Part shown: piece by piece, positions 52,801-64,000 of the stretch
How positions within the stretch are numbered: the stretch's first letter is position 1
How the letters are laid out: each line of letters starts with the position of its first letter
Origin: Yuukianura sp. NJ FZ-2021
Lineage: Eukaryota
Assembly: GCA_046563655.1 (NCBI GenBank)
Contig: CM102285.1
Location: 11,408,001 to 11,472,000 of the forward strand
Direction of reading: 5' to 3'
DNA length: 64,000 nt
The notes under the pieces: model-generated
The model's input: the letters and a program-made list of their open reading frames with translations, nothing else
Databases searched by the model: none
Told to the model about the DNA's origin: nothing
Program-made: the position numbers and the translations under genes

Positions 52801-55800
52801 GGGCTATTACAACTTTTGATTTTTTCTTGCCCATAGTCTTTTCTCCAATTTGTAGTTCTGCAGTTGATGGGAAGCGATTTAGGATAATGGTATCTGGATC
52901 ACAGGCGGCAGAAACAACGCTCTGTTGATGTAAAATTTAGTAATTTGAGTTAATTTTGTGATTAGTAATTCAGGTCATTCGGTGCTTTCTATTACAAAAG
53001 TTCAGAAGTTTACCTCTCCGAGACCATAATTTGCAGAGATCATAAGTTTCAAAGGATTTCCAGTACGAGGATCAGCAGTAAACAGAACTCCAGCTGCTTT
53101 TGCATGAACCATTTCCTGAACCACTACGGCCATTTCACTTACGGCTGGTTGTCCATGGTTCCTAGAAAAGCGGAAACCGCGGCGGTGAAAGTTAAATTAG
53201 TTTTCATGAGAAATAGTTTAGTAGGGTTACAGTCTGTATCGAACGGATTGTGGTGTAAATAGAGACGCCCAACAAGCCACAACTTTCTCCGGAACATCTT
53301 GAGGTCGGATACCAAGGAAAGTTTCATTTTGTCCAGCACAGGACAGTTCAGCTCCATCTTCCAAAACTCCGGAAGATCTCACAGCCAACTTGATCTCGTC
53401 ACTTGATCTTCCAAATATGTCAGTTATCCAGGAAGAGATCAGAGGAGCCAATTCATCTTTGGCATTTGACTCTACGATTTGTTTCATCACGCTGAAATGA
53501 AAATTTTCACAAAGGGAAAGTTTCAAAAACTGAATTTTCACTACTTCTGTGTGTTTCCAAATATCTTTGATGTGGCCAAGGTAGAAGTTGTGTCATGTTA
53601 GGTTGCAATTTCAATAACTACGTTAGAATTAGGATTTTGGATGTTTGGGTTAGGTTTGTTAGGTTATGGTAAGTACATAGAGCCTGGAAAATTGATATTT
53701 CTTTCTACAGAATGAAATTATTCATATGATTTCCTTTGGACATTGGCACAGGAGCAGGGAAATGTAGGTAATGAAAGTGAATTCTGCGAGGAACGCTTAC
53801 TATTTCTATTATATTCAATTGGAATCCTGACCAAGACCATACAGACTATTGAACAAAGTGCTTTGATGTTCAAACAGAATGTTTGATCTAGTCAAGGAGA
53901 AACTCTGCGACTCGGGTCCAGAGTTGAATTGTTATTGTTAGAGTTATTGTTAACTTTCATTTCTTTGGAAAATGCTGGAGTTTTGGATCTCATTGGAATT
54001 TTATGTAGTAAAATCCAATTTCAGAGTGAAAGGAAAGCAGGAGAAAGGTGCAGAGAAAGCACATTATGGAAAAATCATTTCTGACTTTGACCTTACGTAT
54101 TGCAAGTGTTGTCCAAATCATTTTTGTGAACTTTGGAAAAGAGAAGTTTGAATTGGTCAACTGGAAGATGCTGTTTGAATGAAGTCGTTGTTACACAAAA
54201 CCCTTTGGCTGTGCTGAACTGGAAAATATGAAGTAGATTTGGAAAATTGATTTTAAGAAGAAAACCAAATTGGGCGAAAAAATGTTAGGTAAAATTTCAT
54301 ACAGCTTTTGAGTCTAGAGATTGTTGACACAATGAAGCCAATGACGCTCCTTTCCCTCCTACACTTCCAACTTCTTTCGCAATTTCTGATTTGAAAGAAA
54401 CTATTTCCGGTACTTTCTTTTCTGTTTGAGCAGCAGTCGTGACACGGTCAATTGCACGAAAACATTTGATGTTCTCATGATCGTTTGCAATATTTGTATC
54501 AATTATGGAACTGAATGGTCCCACGGGATATAAACTTTCACATTTCCGGACTAGTAGGCCACGGCCTGGCTTTCCATTCATAGTTAACTGAAGCCAAACC
54601 AGTTCGGTAGAGGGAAAATTCTGAGTGAATGTTTTTGGACGTATTTCGACTATAAACGTTCCTCTTGAATCTGTAATTTCCAAAAATTTCTAAAAATCTT
54701 GTTTTCAATTCACTCAAATTTTATACCTATCAAAATTTGAGTAAAATCAACGTGAATCAAAAGTTAATACTGAAAGCTCTAATCGATTTACCTGTTACTG
54801 TGAAAAGTTTCGGAAGCTGGGAATTTCGAAAAAAGAGGTCGTGACCTGCATCCACATTCGTGATTTCATACTTTTTACTTGAAGGATAAAGTGTTTGACC
54901 ATCGATCCATCCTTCTGAAAATCAAAATCAGACAAAACATGTTTGAAATGTTAAGTGTAAGCGTAAAAAACTTTCGGAATTTCAAAAATTCGGAAGAATG
55001 CTTTTTAGGACGGGAAAAGTGAAGGTACCGTTAGTTGCAGACAGGCTAAACGCGTTTCCGTCACATCCAGACATTGCAAAAAGTTCAAGTTGGTATTTTG
55101 GACGGTGAGATTTTGAAAAATCGGTTCCAGGCTTGCTTGTACATTTGATAGAATCATACGTTCGAACACGTTCCCACTTTCGATTTCGAAATCCGTATAA
55201 ATAGGACCGTTCTTCATTTCCATTATCGATTTGAATTGTTCCATGAAGCGCGCCAAATTGCCTGTACCCGTCTGGTAATACGTTTCTAGATAAGCAAAAA
55301 AAAAATAAACGAAATGGGAAAGTTTTCAATTCAAATGGATTTTTTGGCGTGACATTTCGAAAGTGAAAGTCAAGGACTTTCACTAGGCTTTGTTGATTTT
55401 TAGAACCACAATATTCAAATTTCGGCGTTGAACTAAACATTGAATGTCAAACTTTCTCCAATTTCTGAACTTTTCAGTTGTCGTTAACACAAAAGTTCAT
55501 TATGTGATCATAACAAGGGAACGTTAACATCACAAGATTTTGAAATCACGGTATTCAAAGGAACGGAATTTCGAAAAAAAAAAGTTTGAAAGATTCGTCA
55601 TAATTTAAAACCAGTCTCATCTGAACCATAACTTACGAAAGTTCAAATAGGCTTGTTCCAAAACTTCCATATGTTGAACAAAAGTTAGACAGAAGGTGAA
55701 GGTTTAGATCTCGACGCGTGTCCAAAGGGCTGTCAAATGGTTTCCAGCTTTTGGCGGGAAGAAAGTGAAGAAAGTTCAAAAGTTTGTTTAAAGATCAAAT

Positions 55801-56695
55801 GGAAAATCAAGTTAGGTGAAAGTTCTCACAGAAAGTTCAGTTTGACATGAACACAGCCTCCGTTGTTCTCCTGTCTAAAATTACAAGAATATAGAAATGT
55901 TCATTTAGCTCGACACTTTGACCTTTGACTTTTGGTTTGTTTTTACCGTAGGATCCCGTTGTACCAAATCCTCCAGCATCTCATGGCGTCTACCATTTCC
56001 AACTTAAAGTTTCCCAGTACAAATTCAGTTTGGGATGAACTTTGACCTCGTCTGGAAACTGTTTGTTCCCAGAATTAACTTTAAGTTGAGTTTTGGTTGA
56101 AATTTTAACTTTAATTAATCTTTTACCAGAGTACGACACACCGCCTAGACGAAGATGCAATTTGGCTTCGGTAATATCATCGAAGAAGCGTTTGATTTCT
56201 ACGTAAAGCCCGTTTCCATTGTCATCGATTCCAAAAAAGTTAAGTTCATCCGTTTCCTAAAGAAAGTTTCAGTTTTCAAGAAATTTTTTACACAAATTAT
56301 GAAAATTTTTGATTTTTGAAATTAGATCGAATATCGTCAGCCGCTCAACCAATACATCTGAATGCTCCAACTTTCGTGGTAACTCCAACTGCTCTTCTTT
56401 ATGACACGGCAGAATTCCAGTATCGTCGGTTCTTTTTGGATTTTCGGTATTGTGAAATCCTATGCGTCTGGGTTGCGTCTTTTGCCAATTTCTAAGCGCA
56501 ATTCTATTTAAAAGCCTTTTCAATCCTGAATTTTCAAAATTTTCACAATTTTTTAGTTCGCACAAAACTATTCTGAAAAGAAAGCTGGCTTGGGTTAAAA
56601 TTACCTTTCGGTGCTAAATCTCCAGTGAATTTGTAAATCAGCGCTACCGCCGCAACTGCACTTGACAGCAGTATTCCAAAAATTTGAAACAACAT
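49840..56695 (-). CDS. PEP-synthase-like / rifampicin phosphotransferase (RPH)/PigC-like enzyme with N-terminal membrane anchor, roughly 24 exons
   Basis: ATG at 56695 (MLFQIFGILLSSAVAAVALIYKF). PPDK-type ATP-grasp motifs VGGKGASLASL, AVRSSGVLEDGAELSCAGQNETFLG, MAVVVQEMV, AGVLFTADP, ANYGLGESVVS, DIEWA, LQCRPVT. Central domain HANTGEVMPGVTSPLS, KHGHRCICE. C-terminal swivel phospho-His domain [40 protein letters not shown]. Last exon 49901-49840 GELILLDAGKGTITKVKVNS*. Some internal exon borders are approximate. Confidence 0.88.
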
Positions 56696-59600
56696 TTTCA
56701 GTTGTTCAAAAATCCAACTCACGGAAATGTTTCAAGTTTCAGTATGAACGTAGTAGTACGGTGTCCTTCCACGAACAAAATTTCATTCCGAAATGAAGTC
56801 ATAAAGTTGACACGCAATCTTGTACTTAGTACCGCTGTTTGAAGTGGACTTATCAATGTATTGTAATGAAGAACTGATTACACAAGTGGACTTGGCGTGA
56901 AAAATTATCAAATTAGTACACTAGTATATCAAGTTTTTCGAAATTTTTCAACTTTTCAGTACTTATTTCACACTAAACTTTCATATGCTTTTTGAAACAA
57001 TGACGGCTGTTCAAAAACTACTCGATGACCCGATTTTTCCACAAAACACAACTTAAGATTTCCAAAGTTAGAACTCTCGCTCGTCGTAAATTTTGAGTAC
57101 GAATTCCTTGTAGTTTTGGAAGTTCATAGAGTAGAGTGTTCGTAACAATTGAAATTAGAAGGTTATTATAATTAGAATTGTTGAGAAAAAATTGAAGGCC
57201 ACTTCCGTCCACTTAAGCACTTGGCACAAAGTTGTGACGCAAATGGATGCTTTTCTCAGAGCATCCTAAAAGTGCTCACACTAACCAAATTGAAATAACG
57301 ATGAAACTAAACGCACAAAACGTAACTTTGTGTTCAATTGTTGCAACATTTCAATTGATCTGAAATTTTAAAACTAACTTTGACTTGTTGCCAGTAGACG
57401 AAGATCTGTCAGAATGCGGTTTGAAGCAAAACATGCATTTATGCAACCATATGTCCTTCCAGAGCGGCGCAATTAACGTAAGTTGTAGTCTTAAGTTTTT
57501 AGGAAATTAGGCAGGACGAGTGAGAATTGTTGAAATTCATACCCAGTGACCCCGCATTTCTGCTAGTTTGTTCAATTTTCATTCAAGTTCACTCGCCAAA
57601 TTATTGGCAGAAAGAGAAGGAGGTTCCATGAGGCAAAAAATCTAACTAGAAGGAAAAAAATTATGAATTGAAACCATTTTTTGCTAAAATGCAAAAAAAG
57701 AAAGTGAATTTTTGCGAAGTTCCAGCAACTTACGAAGAATGGAAGCTAGAAAAAAACTACGATCCGTGGAGTCATTTTCATTTAAATTTCAAGATGCGTC
57801 CTCTCTATCCAACAACAAGTCCATGTCCAGCTCCCGATTAAAAACTGGTTTCACAATTGAAAATTGGCTTGTTTCAACGTACGGTTCCCCAGAAAAGCAC
57901 TTGTTTCTTACCTGTAATTGATGTCCGAAGAAGATTCGTTCGTCCATCTTCATCATTGGGTTTCCACAATTTAGCAAAATTCCAATTCAAAAAACATCAC
58001 GAAAAACAACTATTCCTTTGTCATAAGAAATTAGGAAAAGGCGTTGAAAAATTGTTAAGTTATGAGACGATCTGAAGCCGGAACTTTCGTTTTTCATTTC
58101 AAATCTGGCCTTAACCCTTATTAGTCAATACTTTTTTTTAAAACCTGCATACACTTTAGAGAAAGTAAAAGTTGTTAGAAACATCGTTTTACCTTATTTT
58201 TCATTGATTCTTGTATTGAAGAAGTTTAAAAAGCCACGTGTAATTTATATCTTGCGTGTTGTAATGCTGCTTGACAGAAAACGGAAACTTTCACTAATTT
58301 GGAAATCATTTTTCGAAAGATCTTCAAATGATGAGATCTTCAATGGAATCAAAATATAATTCTTTCCATTTATGGTCAAACGACTCTTATGACACTTTGG
58401 AAAGTTTTTGGATATGACACCATATTTAATAAGAATTGATTCATAATCGCTCCAAATTTTCAACCTATCGTGTTCAAGACGCAAGGCTTGCTCTCATTAC
58501 TCAGGCCAATTTTAAGGCATTTTTGTGACATTTGGAGAAAGGGGTGACCATAATTTGATTTATGTTATAAAAATACTTTGTTTTGGCTGCGTGTGTCCAA
58601 ATCAGAGGTGCTTTGTGTAGGTGTGAATGAACTTGTGAGGTGTGAAGAGGGTTAAGTGGTTTTAAGTTAGGGATTGGGTGTGTATAAGATAGTACGGTGA
58701 GTCAGATGATGTGACAAACGCCATGCAGCGGGCTAAGACCTAATTAGAGATTCAGCAGTCTCAAGTCCCTCCTTGTCAAACCGCCTCCTCTCCCTCTCGA
58801 CTTTTAATAAAAACTTTCCTTATTTATTTGTCGTTAATACTTTTAACTTCCTTAACGTTAACATTATAATCTAAATTGATCAGTAACTTAATCGATTACC
58901 AACGTTAAGAAGCAGAGGGTCTTTTACTTCGGCCAGTAATACGAACTACAACCTGTGGCAACGGCAACGCAATAACCAGTAACTGCTGTCTTCTACATCT
59001 ACTATTTCCCTACTGGACTTCGGGCCGGTGACCGGTCAACTCGTTCATTTGGAGATATCAGAAGTATCGTTTGCCGTTTTTAAGTTTTCAGTTAGGTAAG
59101 TTGATGTATACTAAGGTATGACTAGTTAATATTATTGATTCATCGGAGGATGCTTGGAGATCTGTACTTGAATTAATTCATATGAGTTATTCTTTTCTCG
59201 GATGAGATGATCGATGATAGATGACGTCATAATTAGTAGTCTAGTCAGTCACTCACTGTTCACGGAAAGGAATTGGAAGACTGTTGACAATGGCCAGCCA
59301 TGGCCCGGGACCTCTCTAAATGTCAATGTTATTTTGAGCCAACTAAAATGTGTTTTCACAACATGAATTTATCGGATTCGGACATAGCCTGGTGTATTGG
59401 CGTAGATTTCTTTCTAGAGGTTACGGTTCACGACGTCAATCAACGATAACATTATGCTCCTTACTAAAAGTTTAATTTATTTCTTTTTAGTATTTTTCTG
59501 TGTCGTGTCAAGGTGAATGAATCCTGCCTAACCTGAGGTGCTCTGTCGTCCTTCAATTTGTTTGATTAGTCTCCAACCGAGATTTCAAAACCTGGCAGGC

Positions 59601-60189
59601 AGAGCAATCTAAGACTTTAATTAGGTCGATCGATATTTCACCATCACAGTTGCCCATTGTCCACCTTCGTGTTTTGAATTTTTCGCTCCTGGTCCCTGCA
59701 AGGTCATTGAGAATTGATCGTTTCATAAGAGTAAGATGAAATGTGTCTTTGACCCTGAAGTGGTCACGAATAGAGGAGAAAGCCTTTTGTTTTGCATCTA
59801 TCCGACACTTCTCAGTTTAAAAATGCCCGATTACCATCTCAAAGAATGGCAATAATTCTTGTGCTACAACTAGTAGAACGAACGAATAATCTCAATCGGT
59901 TTCAGTGTCGCGTAGGCTGGTGGTGAATAAGCACGCTCCGCGTTCTTATAGACTACTTGTTCAATTACTAAGTATGATTTGTGTTTGCGAATTCTGTGCC
60001 TATCATCGGGCCCTTGATGATCCGAACAATCCGATTGCGTTTTCAATCCCGGGGTTACCTCCTCCTCCCGGAGAAATTGAATTAGACTGGATACAACGAC
60101 CTCCGTCAAAGAAACAATGTGATTGTGATTGTTGCAGATTTTATTGTAATTGTTTGTCTTCTTTTTATAAGGCTAAGAGGATTGGGATA

Positions 60190-61478
60190 ATGGCTGTCAA
60201 CGTCTTTGCTACCAATGTGACCTCGGATAACTTGAGCAGACATGATATGCTCCATTGGGTCAACAGTTGTCTTGAATCCTCATTTACCAAGATTGAAGAA
60301 CTTAGTTCTGGTGCTGCATATTGTCAATTCATGGACATGCTATTCCCAGGTAAACGTTCAATGTCAATTTCATATTCGTTCAGTTGTCATAAATCGTGGG
60401 CTTACAAGTTGATCCCGATGTTATGTGGATTTTTACTTTTAGGAAGTGTGCCTTTGAAGAAGGTCAAGTATCAGACCAAATTGGAACATGAATTTATTCA
60501 AAATTTCAAGCTCCTACAAGCTGCATTTAAGAAGATGGAAGTCGAGAAGGTAATGAAAATGAATGCCGTTTGCCTATTGTTCAACGACACACTAACCATG
60601 TCTCTGTTTCAGATTATTCCGGTTGACAAACTGGTCAAAGGTCGATTCCAGGATAATTTTGAGTTTGTTCAATGGTTCAAGAAGTTCTTCGATGCCAACT
60701 ACAAAGGAGACGCTTACGAGGCCTTGGAAGCCAGAGGTGGAATCCCACTTGGGAACACTGCTGTTGCTGGGAAACCCATGCACAAAGTGGTTCCAGTTGC
60801 AACAACTCAGATTTCAAAAGCTAAACCGACGGCGCCGGCTACGGGTAACATTTTGGCGGGAACTGATGACCATCGAAGTTATGAATGTGCATCCATTTGT
60901 GTATATTTTCAGGTCCAGGCACCCCAAGAACATCTGTCAACAGCGTTAGCAGCAATAATGCGAATAACACGACAGGAATGGTAAAACCAAAGCCACCGAG
61001 ATCAACAGCCACTACTAACCATCGCCATGATGCTGCTTCTCAGATTGAGGAGCTCACAGCTCAAGTAATGGACTCTCTAAACAAAATACCAAAGATGGAT
61101 ACCTTATTTTTATGATTCTAAAATATTCAGTTAGCAGAAACAAAATTGAGCCTTGAAGGACTGGAGAAGGAACGGGACTTTTACTTTGGGAAGTTACGAG
61201 ATATCGAAGTGTTTTGCCAAGAACAGGATTCTGGAGAAGAGACTCAAGCTGCCCTTCAACGCGTCCTAGACATCTTGTATGCCACTGAGGTAAGTGTAAG
61301 TGTGCTAATCACGGTTTAGACTTGGGTAATCTGCAGACTGTTGGTTTTGTTTGATTCGATCAATCCTTCGATAATTTTTTACTATGGATTTTGCATTTCG
61401 TTCTTGCAGGAAGGATTTGCTGCCCCAGAGGACGTTTCTCCGGCAAATGGAGATGAAGGTGATCTAGAGGAATACTGA
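60190..61478 (+). CDS. EB1: Microtubule plus-end binding protein EB1 (RP/EB family), 6 coding exons, 292 aa
   Basis: Exons 60190-60349, 60443-60549, 60613-60844, 60913-61064, 61131-61289, 61410-61478 (879 nt). CH domain from [21 protein letters not shown] to [23 protein letters not shown] motif [17 protein letters not shown]-terminal EEY. AATAAA at 61875-61880. A likely 5'UTR intron spans 59096-60171. Confidence 0.95.
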
Positions 61479-62131
61479 AATACGCATCGTTACTGAACAT
61501 CACAACTTGCCAGAAAACGGGAACTCTAAATTGACACTTGTAATTTACTTATTTACCTACACGCGACTGTCTCAAAATTGTCATCAAAATCTGTTGTGCT
61601 AAAACGCATTCAGGCTACTAATTCGCTTAAAAGTTATTTAATTTAGTTGATAATTATTATGCTTTCCCTTTACCATTCGTAGTTTCCGGTTACCAGTTAA
61701 TTCGTCTATGGAATCTCTGTTTGGTTATAAGCTTTCTAAGGTTATCCACATCCGGTTGTTACTGAATCTTATGTTGTTGCAAACCTTAGTTATTTTCTTA
61801 ATCGCCTAAAAGAACGGTGAGAATTATTATTGGGAAGGTCTCTAACTTAACGCTTCTTTCCATCCAGTATCGGTAATAAACACATTTAACTTTGTAATTA
61901 TACAGATGACAATTACAATTTAAGGTTTAGTTTTCGACATAATTTTGAGTTTCATTGCGACATGCGACGAGATGCCCAGTTGAACTATAAAATGCTGGAG
62001 GTGGTTTTGTATTAGTAGAGTTTTCTTAAGGGATTCAGACGTGATTTTTAGGACGACCATTCACAGCTGATTTGCAATTGGTTAAATAAAAGTGATTGCA
62101 TTTTTAGTTTAATTAATTAATTTTAAGAATC

Positions 62132-63672
62132 ATGAATCATCCAGCACCAATGAACGGTTGGGACACAAATAATAGATCTTCATTTTACTCGTCACAAAAC
62201 ATGGCTTCTGCAGCTACAACGTAAGTTTTTTAAGATTATAGTTCGAATCGTACAACATCCTGCAACGTGCAGGCTGGGGCTGGCTGCACGCTGCCCCCAT
62301 GATAAGCCTTCTGTGAGTGATTCTGAAAATACTGATTTAACTATATTTGTTTACATTACAGAGACAGACTGTACAGCGCTCCAATTCCATTTCCGGGCGG
62401 ACCAGGCGGTGGTGGTGGCAGTTTCATGAACGGGGTTCCATCGATAGTAGTTCCACCACCAGTACCTCCACGACCTACGCATCAAACTCGCCCAATTTAT
62501 TCAGCGCCTCCATGGACTTCAACGAACGTCGTACAACCATACCCGGGAGGATACCTCAACTCGTCATCTTCATACTACAGTCCATACTCCAATTTTAATT
62601 CTTACCGGTACAGAAACTACAATCGTATGCCCCTCGGCTTCTCGAACCCTGCATTCACTGAAGAAGAGCCTACTATTGCCGAATTAGCCCAAGAGTCATC
62701 TGCATCTGTGTTCCAGTCAATCGAATCCTTCGTAGATGCCTTTAGATCAGTCACCAGTATGATGGACTCGACGTTTCATGCCGTATACTCATCATTTCGA
62801 GCTGTCATTGAAGTAGCAGATCACCTCAGACGAGTGAAGCAAGTACTTCACACTATAGCTATCTTCCGATTCTTTAGATGGATGTTCCGGCGGATTCTCT
62901 ATTTGATTGGTAATGCTAATGTTTTAATCCAACGCATGAGCAATCACTTCAATAATTTGTTTATTTATTCCGATGAATATCCAGGCATCTCCAAGATAAA
63001 ACCGGATCAAATCGAATCTGCGTGGAACTCTGTGGTTGCTGAGAATGAAGGGCAATTGGATTGGTTAGAACGAGGTCTGAATCAGAAGCCAAAAGATCAC
63101 TCAAGTTGGCCTGTGCTCGCATTCCTTGGGTTCATCTTGGCGGGACCATACTTGGTCTGGAAGCTGCTAGGTTCCTTGAATAGACAGAAAGGTTTGTTCA
63201 GTTTATCAATTTTCGGTGTCAACATTACAATCAAGGTTAACATCAGCAACGAATCGTTTATTTTGTAGTTGCGAGCTGGGCAACTGGCGAGGAAGAGCAT
63301 TTTATTGGAGTTGCTGAGTATGACTTCGAACCAGCCAGCAAGAACGAACTACGACTGCGAATCGGAAACCGAATTCGCTTGGCGCCGGCATCTCACCAAC
63401 CCGATGGCATCAAAGGCTGGCTACTGGCATCTGATGGAAAGAAAATTGGACTCGTTCCTGTCAACTACGTCAAGGTCACGGGCAAAGGTTCCAATGCTGA
63501 CAATACGGTTGGACCTAGTCCTAACGAAGTCAAACCCTCTGTCAATACTGCCGCAACAAACGATACTTTTTCCTTCTCTTGTTCACAAATGGATCCTCCA
63601 GGAGCAACTACTAATTTCAGCAGTCCTGCTATGTCACGTTCCTCGTCGCAGTCAACGCTTACGCCAAACTAA
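62132..63672 (+). CDS. PEX13: Peroxisomal membrane protein PEX13, 4 coding exons, about 415 aa
   Basis: Exons 62132-62220, 62362-62909, 62985-63191, 63269-63672 join in phase (1248 nt). PPPVPPRP and Tyr/Ser-rich N-terminus; AQESSASVFQSIESFVDAFRSVTSMMDSTFHAVYSSFRAV; SWPVLAFLGFILAGPYLVWKLL; SH3 domain AEYDFEP...KGWLLAS...GLVPVNYVK. AATAAA at 63805-63810. Confidence 0.93.
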
Positions 63673-64000
63673 ACAGCTACGGGATCCGCAACACCTAGTT
63701 TTTTTTTCTTTTTAGACATTTTGAATACAAAGCCTCTTCCGTTTAATCTTTCGCAGTCTTCCCTCATTCCCAATGTTGAAAATCGTATTTAGAAAGGAAA
63801 CGAAAATAAATACTCCTGCTGGAGTCCGCTTGCACGCGGGTGAAGAACAAACGAGTCTGGATTTAACAGGGTATCATTTATTCCATCAAAAGAAATTAAA
63901 ATTAGGTATAAGTGGGCTCTGGGAATTCAAATGTGACCTGCTTTCCAGTGAGCTTCTTGTACACGGCAGCGAATGTGTCAACCTATGAAACAGAAAAAAG

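Noticed and set aside
53598..53665. Four scattered TTAGG words in an intron (arthropod telomere-like)
   Set aside because: Not tandem and too few to call an interstitial telomeric array.
49840..56695. Bacterial contamination as the source of the RPH-like gene
   Set aside because: The gene has more than 20 GT-AG introns and lies between typical animal genes.
59221..59230. Perfect CRE palindrome ATGACGTCAT in the EB1 5' intron
   Set aside because: A single short site; no evidence of function or of any link to the nearby CREB3-family gene.
59905..60984. 359-aa ORF as a single-exon EB1
   Set aside because: It starts at a non-ATG codon, reads through two stop-free introns and goes out of frame after the third. 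The spliced model restores the canonical CH-EBH-EEY protein.
62262..62340. Short GC-rich stem and ATGATA...CTGA in PEX13 intron 1 as a C/D snoRNA
   Set aside because: Box C is imperfect, the spacing is too short and there is no terminal stem or identifiable guide.
1..64000. CRISPR arrays, rRNA, intact tRNA or autonomous transposons
   Set aside because: No repeat-spacer array, complete cloverleaf, rRNA signature or transposon ORF was seen by eye.

Overview
AT-rich eukaryotic nuclear DNA with short GT-AG introns, most likely from an arthropod (inferred from gene content, an insect-type dNK and an arthropod-style Inr; the species cannot be identified). The left 40 kb holds one minus-strand class C GPCR gene of the GPR158/CG31760 type, with 12 coding exons (about 1384 aa) joined by hand in consistent phase. 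Two intronless plus-strand genes sit in its neighbouring introns: a secreted, acidic, Tyr-rich protein with two tandem defensin-like CS-alpha-beta cysteine arrays, and a signal-peptide-bearing single-domain thioredoxin/PDI-like protein with an atypical DCGAC site. The right 20 kb is gene-dense. It contains a deoxynucleoside kinase with a complete CREB3-family membrane-tethered bZIP gene nested on the same strand in intron 1, then a convergent multi-exon enzyme with rifampicin-phosphotransferase/PigC-like architecture, then EB1 and PEX13. The 11-mer AAAGTGAAAGT (Blimp-1/IRF-like) is conspicuously frequent. All calls come from manual reading; no database search was run.
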